Positions 13,550 through 25,474 of a stretch of DNA of 64,000 nt are shown here, piece after piece. The stretch is from Chiloscyllium plagiosum (lineage: Eukaryota). The notes beneath the pieces were generated by a model. The model made no database searches, was not told the DNA's origin, and saw only the letters and a program-made list of their open reading frames with translations. The stretch is taken from NCBI RefSeq assembly GCF_004010195.1, contig NC_057718.1, positions 6,949,579-7,013,578 on the forward strand, read 5' to 3'. The position numbers were made by a program, and so were the translations under genes. Position 1 is the stretch's first letter, and every line of letters starts with the position of its first letter.

Positions 13550-14589
13550 CACATTCTGTCAAATTGTATACCTTGGATTATCAGTCACTTATGACCAGCC
13601 ATAGTTAGAGAGGCTATGTGCCTCTTTCAAGCCTAAACCTTCAGTTTTGTGGAGCCAGAATCTCTCTCTCAGTGTGAATTCTTTCACTGAGGTTAATCTC
13701 TCAAAACAGCTTTTACAGCTGTGAAATATCTCGGAGAGGCAAAATTCCCCAATTCTCCCACAGAGACACTGGAAACATGTGGAGCGCATGTTCACTCTTG
13801 GAAACTGATACAAACCACTGGAACTACGAAAAATAAAAATGATTGTGCACCTCTAATTAATAGCAGGAACCAGAAATATGTCACTGGCTAAATAGTCCAC
13901 ACAAGAGATTTACCAAGGATAGCAATTTGACAGATTGTGGAGGAATTGGCTGGGGATTGGAAAGAAGGGATACAGATTCCAAGGGAAGAAAGTTTCCTTT
14001 ATATTTAAAAGAATCTATTTTAAAAGAAATCTGGCTTGGATCCTCATATCCTTTGAGGATTAACAGACACGTACAGGCACACGCACACACAACACGCAAC
14101 ATGTATGCGTTGCACACGCAGACCCTGGATCCATTCATATACACCTTCGTTGATCTGAATCTGAATTCTGTGCATCAGCGTTGCTTCTATAACCTTTTAG
14201 TACATTGAAAGAACAAAAAATAACTACTAATCTCAGTTCTGAAAATTTCAATTCATCCCTAGTCTCGCCAGCTTTTTGAATGAGAGCCTCAAATTTTCAC
14301 TTCAGGTTGTAAGAGGAAGCGATTCCTTATGTCAGCCCTTTCCAACCCAGCTCTAATGTTACAACCAGATCTCTTTGTTCTTACCCAGAGGAAATAGTTT
14401 CTCACAATCTGCCCAGCTGCATCCTCAATTAGACTCTCCCTCGTTCTTCCATACTCACGAGGATGCTGCTCACATTCAGAACGGTTAGGATGCAAGAAGC
14501 CAGGGGTCAGTGCATGATGTTAGAGAGCTCAGGGATGAAGAAGATTTTGGAAAAGCCAAGTCCACAATGGTATCACAATAAGGTGACTA

Positions 14590-14870
14590 TTCTTTGTTTA
14601 TGCATACCCATGGGTATCACCAGTTGGGCAAACATTTATTGTCCATCCCTAATTGCCCAGAGGGCAGACAACCACATTGCCCATCCCTAATTGCCCAGAG
14701 GGCAGGTAAAAACAGACAACCACATTGTTGTGGGTCTGGAGTCACATGTAGGTATGGCTAGGTAAGGATGGCAGCTTCCTTCCCCAAAGGGCATTAGTGA
14801 CGCAGATGGCTTTTTACAACAATCAGCAACAGTTCATGGTCAGCATTAGACTGTTAAATTCCAGATTTTA
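14590..14870 (-). mobile_element. tRNA-SINE (LINE-family-2 tail) fragment with internal tandem duplication
   Basis: ccatccctaattgcccagagggcag occurs twice; matches 59835-60177. Confidence 0.75.
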
Positions 14871-15274
14871 CTTTGTTCCAATGAGAGCAATAAAATGGAA
14901 TTAGAGAATGACTGAAACAGATCTACTTCCTCGGTTTGCTGCTGATTGTATGCCCATGATCGCTTTGTGGTCATTTGAATTATTTCCAGAATTTAGAACA
15001 TCTAGTGAACCAGGGCACTGCCATAATTGACATTAACACTGACCAAAATCATTGGTTTCCATCAAGCAAAGGCATTTGTAGGAACATGCACACATATGAA
15101 TTAAGAGCAGGAATTGCATTTGGCCTCTCAAGCCTGCTCCATCCACAAGGTCAAGGTTGAGCTTATCAATAGTTGATTCAGTCAAATATTTCAATGTCCC
15201 ATGGGAAATTTTCTCGAGCTCAGGTCATCATGGACGATCAGCCACTCAAGCCCCAGGAACTCCTGGTAACCATT

Positions 15275-15535
15275 GGGTGGCTCAGTGGTTAGTACTGCTG
15301 CTTCACAGCAGCAGAGACCGGAGTTCAATTCCACCCTCAGGTGACTGTCTGTGTTGAGTTTGCACATTTTCCCCATTTCAGTTGGGTGCTCTGGTTTCCA
15401 TCCACAGTTCAAAGATGTGCAGGTGAGGTGAATGGCTATGTGAATATGGGGTCCTGGGGTGGGATGCTCTTCAAAAGGTTGGTGCAGACTCGATGGCCTG
15501 GATGGCCTCTTCCCACACTGTCGGTATTCTATAAT
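15275..15535 (+). mobile_element. HE1/V-SINE
   Basis: tRNA-like head gtggctcagtggttag..gttcaattcc and V core gagtttgcaca. Confidence 0.8.
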
Positions 15536-16730
15536 GGGATGTATTCTCGGATATTAAAGGAAGTACCAATGGAGATAATGAATGTGCTGGTAGTAATCTT
15601 CTGAGAATCCTTTGATTCTTGGAAGGTTGTGAAATTGCCATTGTAACTCCTCTATTAAAAAAGGGAAATGACCAAAGAACAGGCAATCATGTGCCAGTTA
15701 GCTGAATGTTTGTTATTGTGAAAATGTCAAAAACTATCATAAAGGATGCAAAAGCAGAGCTTTTTGATACCTATAAAATCATCAAACAGAGTCAGCATGG
15801 CTTCAGCAAGGGGAAATCATGCTTCACAAATTTATGAGAATTATTTGAGAAGGTAACAGGTCAAATCGATAAAGGGGAGCATTGGATGTAATATATTTGG
15901 ATGTTTGGAAGGTAGTTAATAAGGTAGCACTCATCATAAGCCAGTTAATAAGAGCTGATGGTTTTGGGGGTAGTATATTCACATGAATAGAGGATTGTCT
16001 AGCTAATAGAAAACAGAGAGTTGAGATAAGTGAGGCACTTTCAGGATGGCAGCCTGTAACTAGTGCAGTGCTGGGGTCACAATCAATTACAATGTACATC
16101 AATGGCTCAGATGAGGAAAGTGAAGATACAATGACCAGACTTGCTGATGACACAAAAATACATGGGAAGCAAAGGATGAAAATGACACAGGTAGTCTGTA
16201 GAAGGAAATAAACAGAGTAAGCAAGTCACTTGGCAGCTGGAATATAATGTGAGAAAATGTAAGGTTCTACAACGTGGCAGGAAGAATAGAGGGGCTGAGT
16301 GTTATTTGAATGGAGAGAGACCACAGAAACCTACAGTAAAGAGGGAACTGGGTGTCCTTAGCAGAAATCACAAAAAAACAGCTCACAATTTGATCAGATT
16401 ATAGAGAAGGCAAGTTGAATGTTGACCTTTATTTCAAAGGAAATGGAGTATAAAATTAAGGAAGTACAAAGCACTAGTTAGAGCAACTTGGAGTGCTGTG
16501 ACCAGTTTTGGGTCCCTTACCTGAGCAAAGACATGTTGGTATTGGAGGCAGACTCTGCTGCTCCTGGGTTTGGAAGAACTGTGACCTTATTAAAACATAC
16601 AAGCTTCTTAGGTAATTTGACAGGGTAGATGTGGAAAGATTGTTTTCCCTTATGGGAGAGTCTAGGACCAGACAGAATAAGCTCCTTGGCAATGGGCCAA
16701 ATGGCCGTTTTCTGTGTGGTAGATCTTAAT
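15536..16730 (+). mobile_element. CR1 RT fragment, decayed
   Basis: SQHGFSKGKSCFTNL and ADDTK motifs with stops. Confidence 0.85.
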
Positions 16731-17034
16731 GACTTAGAGGAAGGGTTCACTGAAATGGTATTCTAAGCCAGTGGACATTAGAGTTGCTGTGGTTAGCCAT
16801 AATGTCAATAACATTATTGAGAGGAGAGATCAGCAAAGGCTTCTGCCTCCACCCACTCTTTCTCTGGTGAGCCTTTCTGAAATGTAAAAGGTTGACTATT
16901 AAATGCAGACTGGATCTGGATTGGTTATCATGCTTTCAACAGAGCAACTATGCATCAGTATTCACCCAATCACATAAGGAATGGATAAATGCATTGGAGG
17001 TGGTTCAGATGAAGTTTACTAGATTGATACTTTT

Positions 17035-17490
17035 TTAAAGCATTTATGGGATATGGAGCAGCATTTATTGCCCATCCTTTGTTGCTTTTGAGAAGGTGGT
17101 AGTGAGCTGCCTCCTTGAAATGCTGTAGTCTGTGTGCTGTAGGTAGATCCGCAGTGTCCTTAGGGAGGGAATTCCAGGATTTTGACCCAGCGACAGTGAA
17201 GGAACGGTGATATATTTCCAAGTCAGGATGGTGTGTGGCTCGGAAGGGAACTTGAAGGAGATGGTGTCTCCATGTATCTGCTGCCTTTGTTCTTTTAGAT
17301 GTTTGGGGTCATAGGTTTGGAAGGAGCCTTGGTGAATCTCTGCAGTTCATCTTGTAGTTAGTACACGTTGCTGCAACTGAGCCTCATTGGTAGACGGAGT
17401 GGATGCTTGTGGACATAATGCCAATGAAGTGGACTGCTTTGTCCTGGATGGTGTCAAGCTTCTTGAGAGTTGTTGTCCTTAAACCAATCT
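17035..17490 (-). mobile_element. LINE family 2, 3' fragment
   Basis: TTLKKLDTIQDKAVHFIG; SFTVAGSKSWNSLP. Confidence 0.8.
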
Positions 17491-18174
17491 GATGACTAGA
17501 AACTGAAAAATTATTTCCTAAGCCAGGCGAATCAAAATCAACGCGTTTAGTTCCAGAGTGAAATTTGGCCACAAGTTCTCACAGAAAGGATATTGGAAAT
17601 CTGGTACCCTGCTCCCAAAAGCTTGGGATGCTGCGGTGGTGACAACCATAGCTTCCAAGAATGGTTAGACAGGCATGGAGCAGTAACAAGTCAATGAGGT
17701 TGAAGTATAGTTCAGTGACAATCTGAATGGTAGGACATGTAGGAAGTGCTGAATGGCCTCCTCCTGTACTGAGCATGTGAAAGCTGTCTCCATCACAAGC
17801 AGTGAATCATGAGAAAACGTGTGGAAAGGTGCAGAGCTCGGTGCATTGAAGAGATTTGTGACACTGGAGCCGAGGGAGTCTGGAATTTTAGATCTTCCCA
17901 ATGGCCAGAACACCAGTAACCAGCCAATCATTTCAAGAGGGGCCACGGTACGTCTCAGGACTCGGACTGAGCAAATCATTAACCATAAACCTTCTGAGCT
18001 GTGTGATTGAGGGTCTCCAGATGTCTGAAATAGGAGTGAGGCTGTTATGGGAGGGAAATAATTACCACATATGGATGGGCTCACTGCAGCTGGTCCACCA
18101 ATGGTACAGGTCACACTGCAGTATGGGCTCTTTATAAGGGTCACCAGCAGTCAAGGAAACACACGTCAGCTTTT

Positions 18175-18650
18175 ACCCGCTCTCCCCTTCACCCCCATCA
18201 CCTAGCCCCTTCTTGTTACCCTTTTTCCCTCACCTCCCTTAACCTTTGCCTCCTTCACCTGCTCAGCTCCCTGTCCCTCGCCTCCCTCACCCCCAATTCC
18301 CTCATCCATTCCCNNNNNNNNNNNNNNNNNNNNNNNNNNNNNNNNNNNNNNNNNNNNNNNNNNNNNNNNNNNNNNNNNNNNNNNNNNNNNNNNNNNNNNN
18401 NNNNNNNNNNNNNNNNNNNNNNNNNNNNNNNNNNNNNNNNNNNNNNNNNNNNNNNNNNNNNNNNNNNNNNNNNNNNNNNNNNNNNNNNNNNNNNNNNNNN
18501 NNNNNNNNNNNNNNNNNNNNNNNNNNNNNNNNTCACTCCCTTCAACTCCCTCAACCCCCTCTACTCCCTCACACCCTTCACTTACCTCTCCCCATCACCC
18601 CCTCACCTCCATCAGTCACTTACTCCCCCATTCCCTCACCCCTTACAAAC
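18175..18650. repeat. C-rich low-complexity tract containing N-gap 18314-18532
   Basis: ccctcacc-like runs flanking 219 N. Confidence 0.9.
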
Positions 18651-18651
18651 T

Positions 18652-18829
18652 GCTTACCATCACAAGATGGACAGAGCAGCCACTGCAGGACAGCAGCTCA
18701 GCATGGATTTATATTGGGTCTTCAATGTGGCACAAGGTCCCAAAGATGCTCAGAGATCAAATTGGGCCCTGATCCACATGTGGAGAGGGTAAAACAGGCC
18801 AAGGTGCCATTGAAGGGGCAGCCCCGCCC
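18652..18829 (-). promoter_or_regulatory. Candidate Pol II promoter and first exon (ATG|GTAAGC)
   Basis: Minus strand: GGGCGGGGC 18829-18821, CCAAT 18765-18761, TATAAAT 18713-18707, Inr-like TGCAGT with A at 18684, ATG 18660-18658, donor GTAAGC. Confidence 0.45.
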
Positions 18830-18831
18830 TG

Positions 18832-19482
18832 CACATCCATTCACCTGTATCCATTGCTCTCGATGTGGTCTCCTCAACATTGGGGAGACAGAACACCAAC
18901 TCATGGGGCATTTCAGGGAACATCTCTGGCACTCACACACCCAAGAACCCCACCGCCCTGTGGCTGACCACTTCAACTCCCCTTCCCACTCCGCCAAGGA
19001 CATGCAAGTCCTGGACCTCCTCCACCGCCAAATCCAAGCCACCTGACACCTGGAGGAAGAACACCTCATCTTCCGCCTTGGGTCCCTCCAACCACGTGGC
19101 ATCAATGTGGATTTCACCAGTTTCTAAATCCCACCTCATTCAGATCCAACCCTCCAACTCAGCACCGGCCTCTTGAACTGTCCTACCTGTCCATCTTACT
19201 TCCCAACTATCCGCTTCACCCTCTGCTCCAATCTATCACTGTCACCCGCTACCTCCATCTACCTGTCACCTTCCCAGCTACCTTCCCCCCCAGCCCTACC
19301 CCCACCCTCCTATTTATCTCTGAGCCCCCTTCCCACCAACACCCCCCATAATCCTGATGAAGAACTTATGCTCGAAACGTCGACTCTCCTGCTCCTCAGA
19401 TGCTGCCTGACCGGCTGTGCTTTTCCAGCACTACACCTTTTGATTCTGACTCTCCAACATCTGCAGAGATCACTTTCTCTCT
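18832..19482 (+). mobile_element. Penelope (Neptune-type) GIY-YIG and 3' end
   Basis: CIHCSRCGLLNIGETEHQLMGHFREH..PVADHFNSPSH; hammerhead motif 19354-19381. Confidence 0.9.
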
Positions 19483-19539
19483 GTAGGGGCAAGGATGGGG
19501 ATGGTGTGTAAATGGCCAAGAAACCAGAATAGGAGGAGT

Positions 19540-20130
19540 TCAGTGATCTGAGAGGGTGGCAGGGAGAGAGGTGGTTGTACCAAGGAGAGGGCGAAGGGTC
19601 TTGAGAGGCAGTAGGTTAAGGTCTGGGGTCAGGTTGGGGAAGTGTCTGGAGAGGGTTGGNNNNNNNNNNNNNNNNNNNNNNNNNNNNNNNNNNNNNNNNN
19701 NNNNNNNNNNNNNNNNNNNNNNNNNNNNNNNNNNNNNNNNNNNNNNNNNNNNNNNNTGTTCAGGGAGAGGGTGGGAGCACTCAGGCATCATGGTGAGAGA
19801 GGGTTCAGAGTGTGGAAGGGTCCAAGGGGAATGGTCTGGGAGGGTTGGGGAGGAGGATAGGAGAGGTTCAGAGCGAGGGTGGGGCAGGGTTCAGGGGTCA
19901 GGGTGGGGCCAGGTTCAGGGGTCAGGGTGGGGCAGGGTTCAGGGTGGGGGAGGATCCAGGGGGAAGGGTCTGGGAGGAGGATAGGAGACGTTCAAGGAGT
20001 GGGTGGGGCAGGCTCATGGGTCTGGGTGAGGGGGTTCAAGGGTCACGGTGAGGGAGGGTTCAGGGGTCAGCATGTGGGAGGTCTTGGGATGAGGGTGAAA
20101 GGACTGAGGGGCAGCGGGGATTCAGAGGAA
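19540..20130. repeat. G-rich minisatellite/low complexity (about 24-bp gggtggggcagggttcaggggtca) with N-gap 19660-19756
   Basis: Direct repeats visible at 19877-19950. Confidence 0.85.
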
Positions 20131-21257
20131 TGCCTGTGAATGCCAGCAGGCAGATAAGATCGGGCAGCGCTCCCTTCCATCAGTAACAGCCACCCCCCCG
20201 ACTCACCCCGCGCTGTCCATGTGCCCAGGGTCTGAGACCCAGGTTGGGGCCACGTTGGAGAAACTGGGAATTTCGCTCAGGGGCTTCCTAATAAAATGTG
20301 TCTTTGCTGAGAATCTGGGGGCTGGAAGAAGAGGATAGAGGCCGAAACAGGGAGGTGAGAGAGTGTACCAAGAATAAAAGTATTATATAAACCCTTCGAT
20401 TGGAAGTAAATTTGTGCCGAGAATTCGGTACGCCCTGCCAAGTTTTCTAACACTGCTTGATCCTGTTGATGTGCTCACAGCTGTGTAAGGTTACTATATA
20501 TTATTTTTTGCTTCATGTAAAATTACTTCTTGAGCAGATTTTAAAAAAAACATTATCTGCTTTCCATTACAGACCCTGGCGGTATCTTGGCACTTGACGC
20601 ACAGTGACGAGGAGTCTCAATCGCCTCTCTCCCTTGAACTAAAGAAAAGGTTTGGCAATTTGTTGTAGATTAATTTTACAACGTAGCTATTGAGTGATCT
20701 AAACATTTGGGAAAACACAAAACTGCAGGTGTCCCCTCACTATGTTTACCGCATCAGGGTAATAAACCAGAGAAAGCATGACTGATCTCACCTGGGACTC
20801 CTTAAGAGCAATTCTTAAGGCGTGACAAAATATCCTGTGAGGGCTCACTCTTCTTTCCAAAGCAGAAGTAGCCAGTGCCCTATTCATCTTCATCAAGCAA
20901 TTGTCTGCAATTTTTCCTTCTCTAGCCCAGTGGAATCATGCTCAGAAGTGAAGCAGAGACAGCTAGCGGCAACAAATCCTTAGCTTCCAACATCGAGAAT
21001 TCAGGCGTTTTTGGAAATAGCATTCTCATTGTTCAAAGGTCAGCTTTCTCCCATTCTCATCCCTCCCTTTCTTTTCTCTTCACGATAAAAGAAAGGCTCT
21101 GGAACCCTTCCCTCTCATCATTTGTCCCACAGATTGTGATTCTGTTAAACCTTGTAGTGGAAAGTTTAGCTGGTTTCCCCCTGTTTTAACCCTTATCCGT
21201 CCTGCTCCTTCATTTCTGATTGAAACTTTCCCCTTGAACAAGCTGGATGGAAGTGCG

Positions 21258-21590
21258 AAAGAACTTGGATTTGTATAGCGTTCTTCACAAACTCTGTTGT
21301 GAAGAAAGAAACTCAGCAGCCTATTTATGCACAGCAGGCTCCCCAGAACAGCTGTGAGATCATGACGCCATTATCTGCTTTCATGAATCTGGTTGAGGGA
21401 TCAAGTTTAGCCAGCTCACTGGGAGTTACAGTCACCGCGTCAAGGAAGAGAGGGACCTCAGCGCTATGTCTACACTCCAAAAGGTGGTGCCTCCAACAGT
21501 TCTGTCGGCCTGGGGTTTGCTTCCAAACTGGGGTTGGAATGACCATCTGTTGACACATGAGGCATGAGAAACTGAGCGACAGCTGCTCCA
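21258..21590 (-). mobile_element. DeuSINE, near full length, decayed
   Basis: Tail (ttggatttgtatagcg), core (gagatcatgac..ggttgagggat) and head present in the expected order. Confidence 0.65.
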
Positions 21591-21704
21591 ATTGCTTGGG
21601 CCTTTGACTTTTTCATTAATGTTGTGAGAAATGGCAGTTGCTAATATTGGTGGCTGAGTGCTGCATTCATTGAGAAAGCAGACCAAGGAATATCAATCTC
21701 CTGT

Positions 21705-22150
21705 CAGACCATATAGCAGAGCATTCAGTCCATTCAGCCCATCAAGTCTACTCTCCCATTCAATGAGGCCGTGACTGATCTGATAATCCTCAACTGTACT
21801 TTCCTGCCATTTCCTCATAACCCTTGACCCACCCCCACCCCCCCACTGACTAAATATCTCTCTATCTCCGCCGTGAATATACTTAATGACCCAGCCTCGA
21901 CAGCCTTCTGAGGTAAAGAATTCCACAGATTCCCTACGCTCTGAGAGAACAAATTCCCTTCATCTCTGTCTTCGATGGCTGGCTTCTTATTCTGAAATGT
22001 GGCCTTTTGGTACTAGACTCTCCCACAAGGGGAAACAATCTTTCAGTATCTTCACTGGTAAGTCCTCTAAGAATTCTTTGTGTTTCAGTCTCTCATTCTT
22101 CTAAACAGCAAATAGAACAAGTGCATCTTATTCAATCTTTCCTCCCATAC
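21705..22150 (-). mobile_element. CR1 3' fragment
   Basis: ctagactctcccacaaggggaaac; CR1 tail. Confidence 0.8.
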
Positions 22151-22859
22151 CCACTTGAAATCCCTCTAGCATTCAACATTATTCTGCTGGAAGTATTAAT
22201 TATTCATCCTCTGGCCTTTAAATGGTCCTCAAGAGATCTTGATTGCAATTGCCTGACACTGGTCGATTCTACTGATCTGAAACTCAATTGTCAAAGTCAA
22301 TCAGTATAATGAATTGGAAGGGGAGATTTCTAAACAGGCCTCTGGACAGGTATCTCCTGGGTTTAGGTGAGTGTAAGCTTTGCAAAAGCTTCCACCATGT
22401 TACCCTTTGATGACTTATAGTCAGTCCAGTCAACTTGACAATGAGAAGTTTAGATTAGGATTTATCGCCAGTCTTAACAGGTGGGAATAACTTCAAGATG
22501 TCTCCAATTGAAAAGGTAATGATGACGGTTATCAACGGCAAGATATCATCTGAATCTCAGGTGAACAATGAGCAACAGGACCCCAAATATTCACTCACAT
22601 CTTGGTTACTGGATTCAATACTAACTTCAGTGTGACATCTGTCCCCAATAAACCCTGCAATTTATATCCTCCTTTTACATCAAAAAAGAATGCCTCCCCT
22701 ACCCCCTTAACCTTCGCTCTTTTCAATGGTCTGCTTACATTTTATCACAAAAAGAACATTCCACTAATAAACAATTAATTCAAGGAAATAAAACTGTCCC
22801 AGGTTCACAACCTAAACTACGTTTGACAATATAACCTAACGAGAGATTGTAGTGCCAGT

Positions 22860-23200
22860 CAGGTTAGGTTTGAAGGGGTGTTTGGGAAGAAGAGAAGAGA
22901 CAGACTAATCTCAAGGAAATTCCAGGGTTTAGGATGCACAGAAATGATGCTGAATCATGATTGCAAATATTGAAGGAAATCAAGGATTCATGAGGAGTTC
23001 AGCGTTGGAAGAGCATTGAGCTAATGGACAGTGGGGCAGCTGGTGGGGTTGCAGAAGTCGAAAAGAATGACTCCAGGCAGAGAATTAAAACTTAAACTTG
23101 ACAGCAAATTGACAGAGCCAGAAACCAAAGTTCCAGAGGCCAGATTTGACATCAATTGCATAAGGAGTCCATCTAGGGGAGAACTGACTTGGTGTCAGTC
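22860..23200 (-). mobile_element. Old L2-like LINE relic
   Basis: ggaaattccagggtttagg pattern typical of L2 3' ends; highly decayed. Confidence 0.4.
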
Positions 23201-23271
23201 ATCAGTGAATCCATCTTTCAATTGTTTAGTAAAGGTTTAGACATCCAATCTACAAAGGAACTTGTAAAACT

Positions 23272-23558
23272 TGTAGGTTCGAGGTAGACCATTTAGGACG
23301 GAGATGAGGAGACATTTCTTCACCCAAAGAGTGGGGAGCCTGTGGGATTGATTACCACAGGAAGTAATTGATGCCAAAACATGGAATGTATTCAAGAGGC
23401 GGCTAGATGTAGCACTTGGGGTGAATGGGGTCAAAGGATATGGGGAGAAAGCAGGACTAGGCTATTGAGTTGGACGCTCAGCCATGATGGTGATGAATGG
23501 CGGAGCAGGCTCGAAGGACCGAATGGCCTCCTCCTGCTCCTATCTTTGATGTTTCTAA
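23272..23558 (+). mobile_element. CR1 3' end
   Basis: tttaggacggagatgaggagacatttcttcacccaaagagtgg. Confidence 0.85.
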
Positions 23559-23779
23559 TGAATAAAAATTTAGCAATGCAGGCAGAGTTCGAGTAGAAAT
23601 CAACTACAGTAAACTTATTATGAGCAGGCATAAATGGCGGCAGGAATGTGCCAATTGATCAAATATTCTGGGTAGTCAAGAGTTCCACACAATCAGTGTA
23701 AGAACACACATCGAGTAATAGAAACATAATACAAGGGGTGTAGACATCACTGTTATACTTTATTTACAGCATAAATGTA

Positions 23780-24084
23780 GGGCGGCATGGTAGCACAGTG
23801 GTTAGCACTGCTGCCTCACAGTGCCAGAGACCCTGGTTCGTTTCCTGCCTCAGGCAACTGTCTATGTGGAGTTTGCACATTCTCCCCGTGTCTGCGTGGG
23901 TTTCCTCTGGGTGCTCTGGTTTCCTCCCACAGTCCAAAGATGAGCAGGTCAGGGTGAATTGGCCATGCTAAATTGCCTGTTGTGTTAGATGAAGGGGTGA
24001 ATGTAGGGGAATGGGTCTGGGTGGGTTGCGCTTCAGAGGGTCGGTGTGGACTTGTTGGGCTGAGGGGTTGTTTTCACACTGAAT
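23780..24084 (+). mobile_element. HE1/V-SINE, full length
   Basis: A/B boxes, V core, tail; cataaat at 23770-23776 and 24085-24091 is TSD-like. Confidence 0.92.
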
Positions 24085-24624
24085 CATAAATCGCTGAAAA
24101 TAATAATCCAGCTTTACCTTAAGTAAAACTTACCAACAGAGAGCCTTGTCACTGACAACTCGGACATCACTGTATATGAGGAGAAATTGACTTGAAATCG
24201 AATCAACTGCTGCTATTCTATGTGGCCATTCAATTGAATAATGATATTTACAAATGAGGTAAAGACACTTTTTTTAAAACTGTAATAATTGGACAAAATA
24301 ATGTTGTAAACTTTGCAGTATTTGAGGTGTATAATTTTTGCCAGTTTATCAAGAGGCCTAGTTCATAAGGTGTACCTCTTTGCTGGAAGTAGATAATTAT
24401 ATGCTTTTCTTGCTGACCTGCGCTCATGTATTTTCTGAGGGAGGCAGAGAAGGGTTAAAACCGAAATGTCAACTTCCCCACCTCCTGATGCTACCTGGCC
24501 TTGCTGTGTTCTTCCAGCCTCCTGCCTGTCTAATTTGGATTTCCTGTGGGTCACTGTCCAGACACTGAAGCAGTGGTTGTAGATCACATGGTGATGAAAA
24601 TGATAGAGTTAGTGTTAGAGGTAA

Positions 24625-24850
24625 CAATAGAAATTTCTAGAAAAGCTCAGCAGGTCTGGCAGCATCTGTGGAGAGAAATCCCAGAGTTACTGTTTCAGGT
24701 CAAGTGACCCTTGCTCAGAACTGGTGAAGGGTCACTGGACCTGAAATGGTAATTCTGATTCCTCTCCACAGATGCTGCCAGACCTGCTGAGCATTTTCAG
24801 AATTTTCTATCTTTCTCTCTGACTTATAGCATCCTCAGTTCTTTTAGTTT
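24625..24850. mobile_element. Palindromic Penelope-end derivative
   Basis: ctcagcaggtctggcagcatctgtggagag is the reverse complement of ctctccacagatgctgccagacctgctgag. Confidence 0.85.
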
Positions 24851-25474
24851 TTATTTAGAGTTAGAGGTATTGGAGCAAGGATGTGAAACCTTGTCTCCCC
24901 CTTCCCACCCAGCAGCACATGCTTGCGGCAGAACCTGCAGATCATACATTGGACCCATCAGCACTTCCCAAAATCGAAATGAGTCAACCTTGATCCCCAG
25001 GGATTGTCTAAGAAGAGGAAGCATGTGTGTGCATGTCTGTGTGGTAGCTAACCAAAAAGAGCTTTTTTTACTCCCCTGACATTGGGAAGAGGATTGATCA
25101 ACTTTTCCAGCACAACTATCTAGGATTCTCACATCAGTGATCTGCAGAGAGTCAACACCATAGAACAAGCCATTTTTATTGACTTTGTGACTGAACGCGA
25201 AACCTGAGCAGTAGATGACTAACTGAACAGGAATCTAAAACTGAAAACAGTTCTATTAAGATGGATTAATGGTAGACATGAATAAAGGAACATGTTCCAG
25301 CTAATTCCCTCTTGTCAAATCAGTAACCTGCTCCTGTGTCATTTGAGAGGTACCAGAGTGATTCCCTTGCTTCTGTGCACTACTCAGTCTTCTACTCTTG
25401 CAGTGATCTCCCTTCTGAAGAAACAGTAGTGCTGGCTAGCTGCTGCAGACATTATTACCTCGTGGATTATACAT

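Noticed and set aside
18246..20139. Long Pro- or Gly-rich ORFs
   Set aside because: They span N-gaps, low-complexity tracts and a Penelope fragment.
20207..20220. MDSAG as the TPD52L2 start
   Set aside because: Only five residues match, the exon phase differs from what I recall, and no other TPD52-family exons were found.
23780..23850. SINE heads as tRNA genes
   Set aside because: They continue into the V-SINE core and LINE-derived tail.
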